Source: a virus
Taxonomy: Duplodnaviria > Caudoviricetes
Virus record (IMG/VR): IMGVR_UViG_3300010376_000112
Location: 1-27,242 of that record
Length of the DNA stretch: 27,242 nucleotides
Strand: one strand, 5' to 3'
Shown here: piece after piece, positions 7,969 through 17,295 of the stretch
Layout of the letters: every line of letters starts with the position of its first letter
Position numbering within the stretch: the first letter of the stretch is position 1
The notes under the pieces: model-generated
What the model was told of the DNA's origin: nothing
The model's database searches: none
The model's input: only the letters and a program-made list of their open reading frames with translations
Program-made: the position numbers and the translations under genes

Positions 7969-10779
7969 TTACCTATTAAAGCTGTAATTTAACATGAAAT
8001 AGTCCATTCCTGCTACATAGTTTGCCGATCCTGAGCTTCTATAGATTCCCATTGCAGCTAATCCAGTTCCCGTAGGAATGTTAGACGTGAAGGTAGCAAC
8101 TGTCGTCCCATTGATGACGAATACGATTGAAGTCCACGCGGCGTTAATATCAATCTCTAAATCGTACGCTGTGTCAAAATTAACTGCTACAGACGAGTTT
8201 GTCGCGACGATGCCCGCACCTGTAGTTCCGCATCTAACTACCCATGAGCCTGAGTTTACGTCCGGCGAATATTCAAACAACATGCAATTCTGGAAAAGCT
8301 GACTATTCGCAATGTTGTAAAGAAAGTTATTGTTGAAGTATCCCATCCCCATTCTGAATAGATACCCTACTCCCGTAGCAGGAAGTGAACCTTCGATGAT
8401 TACACGTCCTTTCATCGTCAAGGCCCCTAGCCCCCAAGGTCTAGAACCAGCATAAAACGTTCCTGCGCCCAACAAACCACCTGCTGAATTAACTATTGAA
8501 GAACCACCGCTAGCACCCGTTCCGGTAGAAACTTCAGCAATTCCACTGACTTTTAACGAAGCCCATTTAGTAAAGGTAGTAGAATTGTTGATCCAGGAAA
8601 GGGTACCTGAAGAGTTATATGTTTGCCAAAGATTATTTACGCTAACTGGAGGACCATTGAAATCATCGTAAATATATTCGCCAGTAGTTGGATCAAATAA
8701 ACCGCCTCCCCCTGTCGAAATCACACTCCAAGCCGAACTTTTCCGACCATATAGTTGCCCGTCAGTGGGTGCCTCTGAAATGCCGCCGGACGGCCCCTGG
8801 ATGCCCGTCGCGCCTTGCGGCCCTGGAGGTCCTGAAGGAGAGACCCCGCTTCCTATAGGAACAGTACTGCCGCTTGTAACGTTCCCAGTAGCCGCCACAT
8901 TTTGCAGGATGACGTGTGTAGCGTCATTGATATTGACGACCTGGTACGTGCCGCCGCCGTTGATAAAGACGTACTGGTTTTGTACCATCCAAGCGGTACT
9001 GGCCAAGGTGACGGTGACATTGGAACCAACAGCCGGTTGGGTGTAAGCCGCGCCTATAGTGGTAAAGGAATTGCCGCCTTGACCCGCTAACCCAGCCGGA
9101 CCAACGCCTTGTGTGCCGCTGCCGGTCACTATCGCACCCGGAGCTGCGTTGCCCGTATACCCCAGATTGGCCGCCACAGCATGGCTGATGTCGGTGACAC
9201 TTTGAACAGTGTAATAACCGCCCGCAAATACATAGATAGCCTGCCCGACAATCATCCAGGCGGTTGTCGCCACATTGATTGAGACTGTGCCGTTAACGAT
9301 CGGTTGCGTGTAATTGGCGCTTAAGGTCGTAAACGAATCGCGCCCGGTGCCGCCGGTCCCGGCGATTCCCTGCAAACCGCCTGGAGAAACTTTTGATCCC
9401 ACAGCGATGCTCGCTCCCGCGGTCGCGTTGCCGGGATAACCCAGATTTGTGAGACTGACCTGGGTCGCATTAACGACATTCGAAACGCTGTAATAACCGG
9501 CGGTAGCAATGTAAATGGTCTGGTTAAGCGCCATCCAAGCGGTGTTGCCGATGGTGACTGTCACCGCAGCGTTAACCGCGGGCACAATAAAAGCCAGGGC
9601 CACAGCGTCATAAGCGTTGACTCCGGCAACGGCAACGCCTTGCGGCCCGGATGGTCCGCCACCCGTGACCGTGCCGCCAGCCGGAATTGAGCTGGCCGGC
9701 GCCTGGTTATTCGGGCCGCCCAGGTTACTCACTACAGCGTGGGTGGTGTCGGTAACCGAATTAACACTGAAATAACCGGCACCTGAGATAAAGACGTTGT
9801 AACCGCCTGCGCCCATCCAGGCGGTTGAAGCGACGTTAATCGATACTGTCCCGCCAACCGCAGGCATCGTGAACCCGCCCGACAGCGTTGTGTACGCGTT
9901 TGCTCCGGCACTGCCACCGCCGGCCGCAGCCTGTGCCGGCAATAGTACAGCCCCGCTCGTAATCGTGGTGCCGCTTGCGGCATTGAACGGGTCGCCGTTA
10001 TTGGTTAAAACAACGTCAGTAGCATCGGTGATTGAACTGACGATGTAATAACCGGCAATCGGAATCCGAATGTACGATCCGGCCTTGAGATTCGCACTCG
10101 AAACAACAGCCACGCTCACTATCGCATTGGCTGCTGGAGTAGTGAAATTGGCGGTTGTCGTGGTCAGGATCGCAGCACTGGCAAGCTGACTGTTGCTGTT
10201 AATGACAATCGTCTGAGTATCGACCGGGATCTGAGCACCGGAAAGCTTGGCACTGGCGTTAAGACCTGCATATCCGCTGGCAACGTTCTTGTGCACCAGT
10301 AGTTCGATTGTACTGGCGTCCGGGTAGCCGGTAGAAACTCCCGGCGGCGTGACCCCGGTCTCGACCAGGATCGTCGCAAAGACGGTCGAGGAAATATTGA
10401 GCGAGTGAATGATCTCGTTGTCGCTGGTCTGGTACCGGATCTCGCTGGTGCAGTTGATCGATGATTTGCCGCTGATGGCACTTGCCATCTGCGAAGTATT
10501 GTAAACAACCTGACCAAGATAATAGATGTTACCGTTGGAATCGGTCTGGTAAGTAAAAGCTGTTTGATACGCCAGAATAGTATCAGTGGCGTCTCCGGTC
10601 ACGATGCAGCCGTACTTGAGCGCCAGGCCGGCACCCAGATCCTGAACGATACCGCCCCGAACAAAATAAATCATCCAGTCAATGGTATCCTGGCTCTTCC
10701 ATTGATAAGGCCCGGCCGGAGCGGCAACACCAAAATCCTGAATGGCCTGATGTTGATCTAAATCAATTACAACTTTCAT
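7969..10779 (-). CDS. Tail fibre C (936 aa) with five ~90-aa repeats and a lectin-like C-terminal domain
   Basis: Motifs KNVASGYAGLNASAKL and SEAPTDGQLYGRKSSAW seen in phage fibres; repeats of T..F/YT.PA...V...TAWM...GYY.V...NLG..GNA. Confidence 0.82.
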   Translation of the reverse strand: MKVVIDLDQHQAIQDFGVAAPAGPYQWKSQDTIDWMIYFVRGGIVQDLGAGLALKYGCIVTGDATDTILAYQTAFTYQTDSNGNIYYLGQVVYNTSQMASAISGKSSINCTSEIRYQTSDNEIIHSLNISSTVFATILVETGVTPPGVSTGYPDASTIELLVHKNVASGYAGLNASAKLSGAQIPVDTQTIVINSNSQLASAAILTTTTANFTTPAANAIVSVAVVSSANLKAGSYIRIPIAGYYIVSSITDATDVVLTNNGDPFNAASGTTITSGAVLLPAQAAAGGGSAGANAYTTLSGGFTMPAVGGTVSINVASTAWMGAGGYNVFISGAGYFSVNSVTDTTHAVVSNLGGPNNQAPASSIPAGGTVTGGGPSGPQGVAVAGVNAYDAVALAFIVPAVNAAVTVTIGNTAWMALNQTIYIATAGYYSVSNVVNATQVSLTNLGYPGNATAGASIAVGSKVSPGGLQGIAGTGGTGRDSFTTLSANYTQPIVNGTVSINVATTAWMIVGQAIYVFAGGYYTVQSVTDISHAVAANLGYTGNAAPGAIVTGSGTQGVGPAGLAGQGGNSFTTIGAAYTQPAVGSNVTVTLASTAWMVQNQYVFINGGGTYQVVNINDATHVILQNVAATGNVTSGSTVPIGSGVSPSGPPGPQGATGIQGPSGGISEAPTDGQLYGRKSSAWSVISTGGGGLFDPTTGEYIYDDFNGPPVSVNNLWQTYNSSGTLSWINNSTTFTKWASLKVSGIAEVSTGTGASGGSSIVNSAGGLLGAGTFYAGSRPWGLGALTMKGRVIIEGSLPATGVGYLFRMGMGYFNNNFLYNIANSQLFQNCMLFEYSPDVNSGSWVVRCGTTGAGIVATNSSVAVNFDTAYDLEIDINAAWTSIVFVINGTTVATFTSNIPTGTGLAAMGIYRSSGSANYVAGMDYFMLNYSFNR

Positions 10780-10780
10780 T

Positions 10781-10951
10781 TTACCATTTTCCTATCGGGC
10801 AGTGGGAATCGGTGTAACGGACCTTAGTTCTTAGTTTGCAGGCGCACTTTTTGCAAAGCCAAAGGCGGTCATCCCGCTTATCGATAAACTCGCAGGTTGA
10901 GCAAGTCGTTAATCGCCAATCCATAATCGAAGCTTCTACCAGCGCGTTCAT
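10781..10951 (-). CDS. 56-aa Cys-rich protein (DUF6171-like pattern)
   Basis: Hand translation MNALVEASIMDWRLTTCSTCEFIDKRDDRLWLCKKCACKLRTKVRYTDSHCPIGKW; ATGA overlap upstream; below the ORF-track length cutoff. Confidence 0.85.
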   Translation of the reverse strand: MNALVEASIMDWRLTTCSTCEFIDKRDDRLWLCKKCACKLRTKVRYTDSHCPIGKW

Positions 10952-11367
10952 ACGAATCCGTAATAGTGTTGATAAGCAGGACCAAGAGCTAATGCCTCCG
11001 CAAACGTTCCATAGCCTGCGCCTGGAATTGAGCGTCCACCCGCCCCATCGAAAAAATCTATTTCCGCATCATAATGCACACTGCCGTATCCATTTACCGT
11101 ATCTACCGGAGCCGGATTTGGCCCGAAGACCCAATCAAAGGAACTAACGAGTCCACTTGAAGTATAGATTTGTGCTCCGTATCCGGCTAACAGCGCGCCG
11201 CCGTCTAAATGTCCGCTAGTATAATGATCTTGCACCGCATAGATCCAGATTCGGAAAGCCGTGGGATGAGCCGGCCATAACGGATCGACGTATAGTGGCG
11301 GTTGCGGCTGCGGTTTGCAGGGATCGCAGACAGTTCCGGGACACCAGGAAATGATTGAGAGCGTCAT
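10948..11367 (-). CDS. Hypothetical tail-tip protein with N-terminal Cys cluster
   Basis: WCPGTVCDPCKP; coupled by ATGA overlaps on both sides. Confidence 0.7.
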   Translation of the reverse strand: MTLSIISWCPGTVCDPCKPQPQPPLYVDPLWPAHPTAFRIWIYAVQDHYTSGHLDGGALLAGYGAQIYTSSGLVSSFDWVFGPNPAPVDTVNGYGSVHYDAEIDFFDGAGGRSIPGAGYGTFAEALALGPAYQHYYGFV

Positions 11368-11762
11368 ACAGGTTCCACCCAGAACGGATATTTGACAGGA
11401 GCAATGTAAATGGAATCATTATCGTCCCCCGTATAAACCAGGACCGACAACGTGGATTGAGCGCAGGTCTTCGGATCGACTACGGTAACGCCCTGCCACT
11501 TAACTCCGTACCATGTTATGCTATCAGCTAAAAGATGGGGCTGTTGGGTACCCCCTCCACCTGGACTAGTGGGACTAGTGGGACTAGTGGGAGTCTTACC
11601 GTCAGCCAAGGCAGCAAGTTCGATCACTTTGCCAACCTCTTTGTGCTCGGTGATTCTGATTCCGGCCCCTTCAATCGGCTCATGGGAATTTACCGTCTCA
11701 ATTATCTGGTTGATGATCCTTTCAAGTCCTCGCCAACCAATAATAACTTTTTGTAACGGCAT
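11364..11762 (-). CDS. Hypothetical tail-tip protein (start MPLQKV at 11762)
   Basis: ATG lies 4 nt after the upstream stop; INQIIETVNS...PIEGAGIRI pattern. Confidence 0.7.
   Translation of the reverse strand: MPLQKVIIGWRGLERIINQIIETVNSHEPIEGAGIRITEHKEVGKVIELAALADGKTPTSPTSPTSPGGGGTQQPHLLADSITWYGVKWQGVTVVDPKTCAQSTLSVLVYTGDDNDSIYIAPVKYPFWVEPV
11563..11592. repeat. 9-bp tandem repeat GGACTAGTG x3.3 encoding a (PTS)3 linker
   Basis: Seen directly. Confidence 0.9.
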
Positions 11763-11766
11763 AGCT

Positions 11767-12525
11767 CTAAAATGTTGGTGCGTAAACCTCGGTGACGTTG
11801 TACCAAGCCCCGCGTTGCTCCACATCGAAACCCATATTGCGAGCATAAAGCGGAGGCACACCGGTGGCCCCGCCAGCCGTAAGCTTAGCAATTGCCGCAA
11901 CGCACATATCGTAACTGATATTTGCTCCGATCACCGATACCGGCCCTTTAGTAGTCGAGACAACAGCCCAGCTGACCCGACCTAAACCTAAACTTGAATA
12001 ATTCAATTTCGTTGGACGCGGATAAGACTGATAACGAATCGAACACTGGTTTCCGATATAGCGCACAGCAATCGATTGGGTGCCATACTGGTATCCGGCA
12101 GGGTAGACTTGCTGTTCTGTATATGGGGCGTTGGCCGGACCCTGGGGAACAGTGTAGGTAGTGATGCCGGCCGGATACTGCTGAGTAATCACGTACTGAA
12201 TAAAATCCCGCGACCCCTGGACCGTAGATTCAGTCGTGACCGGAGGTGTGATATAACTCTTTGCGCCCGAAGTCTGGATAATCCCGGCATAAGTCACGCT
12301 GACTTCGGCTATTAACGCTGCCTGCGCGGTGATGTTCGAGTCGGTTACAAACATCAACGGATATTGCGGATGCGGGCTGTTGATCTTCGGCTTAAACGCT
12401 AACGCTCCGGCCGAAGGACCGTTATAAATACAGACCATCTGATCTAGTTCGGCGTACCTGTACACCTGCCGGCGCCCGACCTGCTCCACAAAAGCCTTGA
12501 CCGAATTGAAAATGATCCCGGTCAT
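11767..12525 (-). CDS. Putative distal-tail/hub protein
   Basis: First gene after the tape measure; SPHPQYPLMFV motif; beta-rich. Confidence 0.6.
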   Translation of the reverse strand: MTGIIFNSVKAFVEQVGRRQVYRYAELDQMVCIYNGPSAGALAFKPKINSPHPQYPLMFVTDSNITAQAALIAEVSVTYAGIIQTSGAKSYITPPVTTESTVQGSRDFIQYVITQQYPAGITTYTVPQGPANAPYTEQQVYPAGYQYGTQSIAVRYIGNQCSIRYQSYPRPTKLNYSSLGLGRVSWAVVSTTKGPVSVIGANISYDMCVAAIAKLTAGGATGVPPLYARNMGFDVEQRGAWYNVTEVYAPTF

Positions 12526-14135
12526 GGAATCGAAAGGACCAATTTTAAAAAAGTAAGAATCTCATTAAGCACCGGTACAGGCTTATCCTCTTCAGCTTGC
12601 GGTTGGGTGCCAGGCTGCGCTGATTCTGATTTTGCGCGTAGCTGTTCCATCCTTTTGTCGAGCCAATTCGCTGTATCGGTTGGCCCAGGGCCTGTAGGTT
12701 CTTTTGGCCGTTCCCACGGCTGTAGACCTTTAAAGCGATCCGCAATAGGAACGTACTTGTCCAATTGACTCGTCAAATTCGCAGTACTTTTAGCCGTATT
12801 CTGGGCCAAAGTACCGCTGTCCTCCTGTGTCCGTTTAATTTCACTCCCCAGCTTCTGCCCCTGCCCAACTGTCGTCTGCTGCTCAGCGTTATATTTCTCC
12901 GTTAAATCGTTGAGAGTCTTTTGCGCTTTTACCTGGTCAAAAAGCGCGTCACGCTCCAGTTGCATCAGATTGAGCTTGGCCTCGTCTTTGCCCAACTCGA
13001 TCGCCGATTTCTGATCTTGAAATGCGCGGTCAGTGTTGCGCTTACGTTCTTCTTCTGTCCGCCGACTCGCTTCTAAAAGATCCTTTGACCCGACCACGCC
13101 TGAGTTGATCAATTCAGTCATCGAGGCATCACTTAGCCCAAGCTCTTCCTGCATCTGCGCCTGGCCTTCAGCGAACTTCTTCTGTAACCCTTCCCGCGCA
13201 CCGTAGGCAGCATGCGCAAGCGCCTCGTCCTTGTTCCAGTACGACGGATCGACTTGGCGATATTTGTCTTTGAAAGCCGCTTCCGCAATGCCGTGCTGCT
13301 CGTAAAAGCTCGTGCGAACGTTGCCGAGGCGTTGTTGATCCTCTAATTCACGATCTAAGAGCGTCTTCTGGCGCTCCATAGCTCGCTCGATCAACGGCGC
13401 CTGCGTAACCATGTCACGATAAGCATCCGCCTGTTCACGGAATTTGCCACCGAGCAAGGTCGCCATGTGATACAGTTCCCCTTCGCTAGCTGTGCCGGAG
13501 TAAATATGAGCCTCCATCTCGCTCAATTTCTCGGCGTCTTCGCCCCAGACACGCCCTAGTTCGCCGGCAATCTGCACGGCTTGCGTCTGGGCCTCGAAAC
13601 CGACGCCGGCCTCGTACATCTTGAGCCTCTGTTTGGATACCTCGTCAAAGCTTTGCGCCGTGGCTTGGGCTATGCGTTGCGTTTTAGCAAGCTCGGCGTT
13701 TATGTTGCCTACGGCAGTCGCCACATTCTTAAACTGCACCACATCGAACTGTTTTTGTGATGCCGCTTCAATCGTGTTCTTGATCCCTTCAAAAGCCAGT
13801 CGCATGGCTTCAAGTAAGACTAATCGCATCGCCATGCGTTCGGCCATACGTTCAAAACTGCCTGACGCACGCTCAGTGACTTGCTCAAGCTCGATTTCAG
13901 TTTCAATGGTTTTCTCGTTCTGTTCCTGAAGCGCTTTGCGAGCTGCCACCTGCGCCATGGCCGCCTGGGTTAACGGCCCGGGAACAGGCGGCGGACCGCC
14001 AAGCCCCTGAGGAGGTGGCGTCATCACCCCAGAAGCCACGTTCCTGTAAGGATCGACCTGGCTTTTAAGTTGCTGCAGCGTAGCACCAAGACTGCCGTCG
14101 TCCCTGGCGCCAATTGTTATATTTACATCCGCCAC
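12522..14135 (-). CDS. Tape measure protein (short, 537 aa)
   Basis: MADVNITIGARD start, long Ala/Glu/Gln-rich helical sequence, follows the chaperone pair. Confidence 0.75.
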   Translation of the reverse strand: MADVNITIGARDDGSLGATLQQLKSQVDPYRNVASGVMTPPPQGLGGPPPVPGPLTQAAMAQVAARKALQEQNEKTIETEIELEQVTERASGSFERMAERMAMRLVLLEAMRLAFEGIKNTIEAASQKQFDVVQFKNVATAVGNINAELAKTQRIAQATAQSFDEVSKQRLKMYEAGVGFEAQTQAVQIAGELGRVWGEDAEKLSEMEAHIYSGTASEGELYHMATLLGGKFREQADAYRDMVTQAPLIERAMERQKTLLDRELEDQQRLGNVRTSFYEQHGIAEAAFKDKYRQVDPSYWNKDEALAHAAYGAREGLQKKFAEGQAQMQEELGLSDASMTELINSGVVGSKDLLEASRRTEEERKRNTDRAFQDQKSAIELGKDEAKLNLMQLERDALFDQVKAQKTLNDLTEKYNAEQQTTVGQGQKLGSEIKRTQEDSGTLAQNTAKSTANLTSQLDKYVPIADRFKGLQPWERPKEPTGPGPTDTANWLDKRMEQLRAKSESAQPGTQPQAEEDKPVPVLNEILTFLKLVLSIP

Positions 14136-14308
14136 TGTTTCATCCGGGCTAAAAGTTCCTCTTCAGTCGGTCCGGTCCAGAACGCGAATCCGCGCGTCTC
14201 CAGCACACAATAAAAAATCTGGTAAGCAACCGCAGCGGGCAGCGACCACATGACGTCAAACAGAGGCATCCCGCACACCGGGCCAATTGTGCAGGCTACC
14301 TCAATCAC
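14123..14308 (-). CDS. Tail assembly chaperone T-like segment (probably made as a -1 frameshift fusion)
   Basis: Lies in the -1 frame relative to the upstream gene; VMWSLPAAVAYQ motif; immediately precedes the TMP. Confidence 0.65.
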   Translation of the reverse strand: MIEVACTIGPVCGMPLFDVMWSLPAAVAYQIFYCVLETRGFAFWTGPTEEELLARMKQWRM

Positions 14309-14712
14309 GCGGGCCGCCCTCCAACGTTTGGGTCTGCTTCGCCGTTCCCGCCGCTCCTGATATGCGCATTAGCACTGGCAGCGAATTCTTTTTCCAGCCG
14401 GTCGTAAGCTGCGTCTAATTCGCTAGCGTTCGAGAGCGAGTACCCGCGGCCTTCTGCCCAGCTGAACGCTTTTAGTTTTGCGTCTTCAGAATCAGCGTGA
14501 GCCTTTAAAGCGTCCTTCGGGCTTAAGGTACAAACCCAGACCGTCATCAGCCGGTTAAAAAAACCCGGGGTGCGATCACATAAATCAATGGCAATCGTCT
14601 GACGAAGCAGACTGAACGGCTCGAGCTTGAGTTCGCCTAACTCATGAACAGCCAATGACGAGAGCAATGCCTCGTCCGTCGTGAGATCAAGTGTTTCGGT
14701 ATCCTCTGACAT
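14305..14712 (-). CDS. Tail assembly chaperone G-like protein
   Basis: Position between tube and TMP; C CCA AAC heptamer near the 3' end. Confidence 0.65.
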   Translation of the reverse strand: MSEDTETLDLTTDEALLSSLAVHELGELKLEPFSLLRQTIAIDLCDRTPGFFNRLMTVWVCTLSPKDALKAHADSEDAKLKAFSWAEGRGYSLSNASELDAAYDRLEKEFAASANAHIRSGGNGEADPNVGGRPA

Positions 14713-14731
14713 ATGAATTTATACATGAATT

Positions 14732-15238
14732 TTAGAGTTTGCTAAGCATTTGCGCCCGCAGCTCCGGGCTTGAATTCTTGCCGATCTTAACAAAAGGCAC
14801 CTTTGCGCCGTTATGCACCTCGTCGTATTTGGCGCTCTGCGGTACGCTCTTTAAAATATCGATCAGATACTGCCGCTTATCGAGAGCGTCACGGCAGGCG
14901 CGCGCAATAACACGTGAACAGGCATCCTTGATTGCGTCCTTTTGCCCGCTCTCAATGGCCGCCTCAAGCTCGCTGTTTAACCCAGCCAAGTCTTTTTCGT
15001 AAGCGTCCACGATCTGGCGCGCCGGCACCGTGTTTTCAAAGTTCCAGACCACGCATTGCCTGGGTTTTGAGCTATTTGGGTTCTGTAAATATTTGAGGAA
15101 ACCTTCCCTGGTTTCGTGCAAATCAACCCATTCCAACGGCAGGTGCCTGCGCAATTTCGCCCCGAACACCAACAACACGGCAGCAAGCTTGGTGTTGCTG
15201 GTCGTTAGAACTTCCTCTTTGTAATTGGACTGAATCAC
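14732..15238 (-). CDS. Hypothetical protein (168 aa)
   Basis: ORF fills the gap; GTGA overlap with the tube gene stop. Confidence 0.7.
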   Translation of the reverse strand: MIQSNYKEEVLTTSNTKLAAVLLVFGAKLRRHLPLEWVDLHETREGFLKYLQNPNSSKPRQCVVWNFENTVPARQIVDAYEKDLAGLNSELEAAIESGQKDAIKDACSRVIARACRDALDKRQYLIDILKSVPQSAKYDEVHNGAKVPFVKIGKNSSPELRAQMLSKL

Positions 15239-15618
15239 GCCGTCACGAGGCTATAGAACGTTGCCGTAATCCGGACACTCATGTTCTTGGCGCGACCTTT
15301 GGAGTAAGCCACGCTCGAGCAGATAGCGATCCCGGTCGAGGTGCCTCCATACTGTTGCAAGATCAAGTTGGTCGGAGTCCAGACCTGGCCGACAATCGAA
15401 GCCATGGTCGCCATAATTTCACCGCCGCAGGTGATCTCAGAACGCATATTATGCGTGATAACCTCAATAACATTACCGACGTTGTCTTTTTGCTCGAACT
15501 TATCGACCGTGTCGTTTTGCTCGTAAGTATCAACCGCTATCCCGGTCTCATTCGTCGAACCAAACGTGAACGGAGACGCCGCCGGAAATTTATTCGGAGT
15601 TGTAACTGGTGCTGCCAT
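15235..15618 (-). CDS. Putative tail tube protein
   Basis: 127 aa, beta-rich, EQKDNVGNVIEV loop, upstream of chaperones and TMP. Confidence 0.6.
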   Translation of the reverse strand: MAAPVTTPNKFPAASPFTFGSTNETGIAVDTYEQNDTVDKFEQKDNVGNVIEVITHNMRSEITCGGEIMATMASIVGQVWTPTNLILQQYGGTSTGIAICSSVAYSKGRAKNMSVRITATFYSLVTA

Positions 15619-15634
15619 AAATTTTCTCCTCTCT

Positions 15635-16012
15635 TTAGGTGCTCAAAGCGCGAACCTTGAATTTAGCTGGGTTAGCCGTAGCGTTGGTTACAAACAACTG
15701 AGTCACCGCCACCGTGATCGGATTGGTTGCACCCATCCCCGTGCCCCATTCAACCGGTACATTGGCAAGGAGATTGATCGTGTTTCCCGGTGTCGTGGTC
15801 GAATTGGTTAACACCGTCAGATTGGTATCGCTATAAATGCACAAACTCTGGGCGCCGGTTACAGGCCAAGCCAGAGCAATCGCGAAATTGGTCGCGTTGG
15901 CGGCAATCGTCCCGTCATAAGCCGCCTCGGTCTGGCCGGTAAACTTGTTACTGGTGCTGAACACCGCCCCGGCATCATCGGTGTAGCTGTCAATTATGGT
16001 GTGATTAAACAT
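15635..16012 (-). CDS. Hypothetical virion protein (Thr/Asn-rich beta sandwich)
   Basis: ORF, composition and position. Confidence 0.65.
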   Translation of the reverse strand: MFNHTIIDSYTDDAGAVFSTSNKFTGQTEAAYDGTIAANATNFAIALAWPVTGAQSLCIYSDTNLTVLTNSTTTPGNTINLLANVPVEWGTGMGATNPITVAVTQLFVTNATANPAKFKVRALST

Positions 16013-16015
16013 TGG

Positions 16016-16537
16016 CTAACTATATTGCGGGTTAAGTTGTACGTGAGCCTGGAAACTGACGTTATATTGCAATGGCGGCCCATCAGAAATCATCTCGATC
16101 GGTTTAGGCATCCCAAGAAAGCAGGTGCTCGCTTCGTTGCCGCCCACTGGCCCTGTCGCTACGCCGTGCGGTGCACAATGCATCACGCACAAGACGCGTT
16201 CGGCTAAAGCTATGGCAAAAACGCCGGTGCCGGTGGCTCCTTGATTGACCGGCGTATCTTCGTAAATCGTAACGGTTAAAAAAGCCCAGCCGGCTAGGTC
16301 TGGAATCTCGTTGTTGCGCGGCTCATGAAATTGAAATGTCGGCGTCAGGAGTAAAGCGCAAATACCGACGCTGCCCAGTGCAGTCTGAATCTGACTCAAG
16401 ATATCTCGCTTTTTTTCGGTAATAATCGGAATCGATTTCCCGTTCGCACTCGCTCCGCCGTTAAAGAACTGATCAGCCGTTAGCAGGTTAAATGCTGAAG
16501 TCTGCAACGCAACCAGGGTTGTCGAGATCGTCATCAT
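16016..16537 (-). CDS. Putative tail terminator/completion protein
   Basis: Position after the morphogenesis gene; terminal LQYNVSF strand. Confidence 0.55.
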   Translation of the reverse strand: MMTISTTLVALQTSAFNLLTADQFFNGGASANGKSIPIITEKKRDILSQIQTALGSVGICALLLTPTFQFHEPRNNEIPDLAGWAFLTVTIYEDTPVNQGATGTGVFAIALAERVLCVMHCAPHGVATGPVGGNEASTCFLGMPKPIEMISDGPPLQYNVSFQAHVQLNPQYS

Positions 16538-17106
16538 GCCGCCTTAGCTGTTTCGCGTCGGACCAACTCAAGAACTGCGCCGACAAAAACATCCTTGATC
16601 GCTTCGTTAGTCGGCATCGCCCCCGGCCACGGCGATTGGGTTACACTCCGGGCCAATGCGTAGACCGCCTCAACCTTGGCTCCCATCACCTGGAACAGCG
16701 CAGCTCCTTCCCGGTAAAGTTGCTGACCTCTGGCGGCCGGATATTCACTGGCATAAACACCACGCGCTGCAGGTATCAGCGGAATAGCCAAAGCGTTAGC
16801 AGCCTTGGGCGTAATCGTTCCGCCTTTAATCTTCCAATCCAACAGCCCGAACGTGTTTCGAACCAACACGGTTGAACCGGAAACGACAGGTTTTTGCCAG
16901 CCTTGTACGACGTTCTGGGCAAACTGACCGCTGTAAGGGCCCGGAAACCAGTTCGCCCCTTTCCAATCCATTTTCGAATGGTAATCGCGCACAAAATCAT
17001 AGACCGCCTCACCACCCACCGGCAACGCTTCCTGGGGCAACGCACCGAGTCTTAGCAATTGCCGCTCAAACTCAGGGTTCATGTCAATTTTAATTACGAC
17101 CCGCAT
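16534..17106 (-). CDS. Virion morphogenesis/neck protein (Mu gpG-like)
   Basis: GGTITPKAANALAIPL and YALARSVTQ.P.PGAMP motifs. Confidence 0.7.
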   Translation of the reverse strand: MRVVIKIDMNPEFERQLLRLGALPQEALPVGGEAVYDFVRDYHSKMDWKGANWFPGPYSGQFAQNVVQGWQKPVVSGSTVLVRNTFGLLDWKIKGGTITPKAANALAIPLIPAARGVYASEYPAARGQQLYREGAALFQVMGAKVEAVYALARSVTQSPWPGAMPTNEAIKDVFVGAVLELVRRETAKAA

Positions 17107-17109
17107 GGC

Positions 17110-17292
17110 TTAGTGTAGTCCTCCGAAGTGCGCCAAAGGCAAAAGCAACCAGACCAGACTTAAAACAATGACCACCACGCAGACCACCAGGACCACCTTC
17201 ATGATTGGTGCCGGCGCAAACTGGCTCAAGACCCAGTAAAGCAAGGAAACCACAATAACCAGAACCAGCCATTGGACGAGTGCAACGATCAT
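17110..17292 (-). CDS. Small two-TM membrane protein
   Basis: Two strongly hydrophobic segments separated by APAPIMK. Confidence 0.75.
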   Translation of the reverse strand: MIVALVQWLVLVIVVSLLYWVLSQFAPAPIMKVVLVVCVVVIVLSLVWLLLPLAHFGGLH

Positions 17293-17295
17293 GAA

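Noticed and set aside
11563-11592. GGACTAGTG tandem repeat as a CRISPR or iteron
   Set aside because: Only three contiguous 9-mers, no spacers, encodes an in-frame PTS linker
14555-14570. G GGT TTT TTT slippery-looking run in the chaperone gene
   Set aside because: A -1 shift meets TAA immediately; the C CCA AAC site near the 3' end fits better
16010-16018. TAG in frame with the next gene (TAG-CCA-ATG) as evidence of amber recoding; likewise TAA-ATG at 17767-17772
   Set aside because: In-frame neighbours occur by chance one time in three, and other TAG stops (e.g. 11767) are followed by out-of-frame genes
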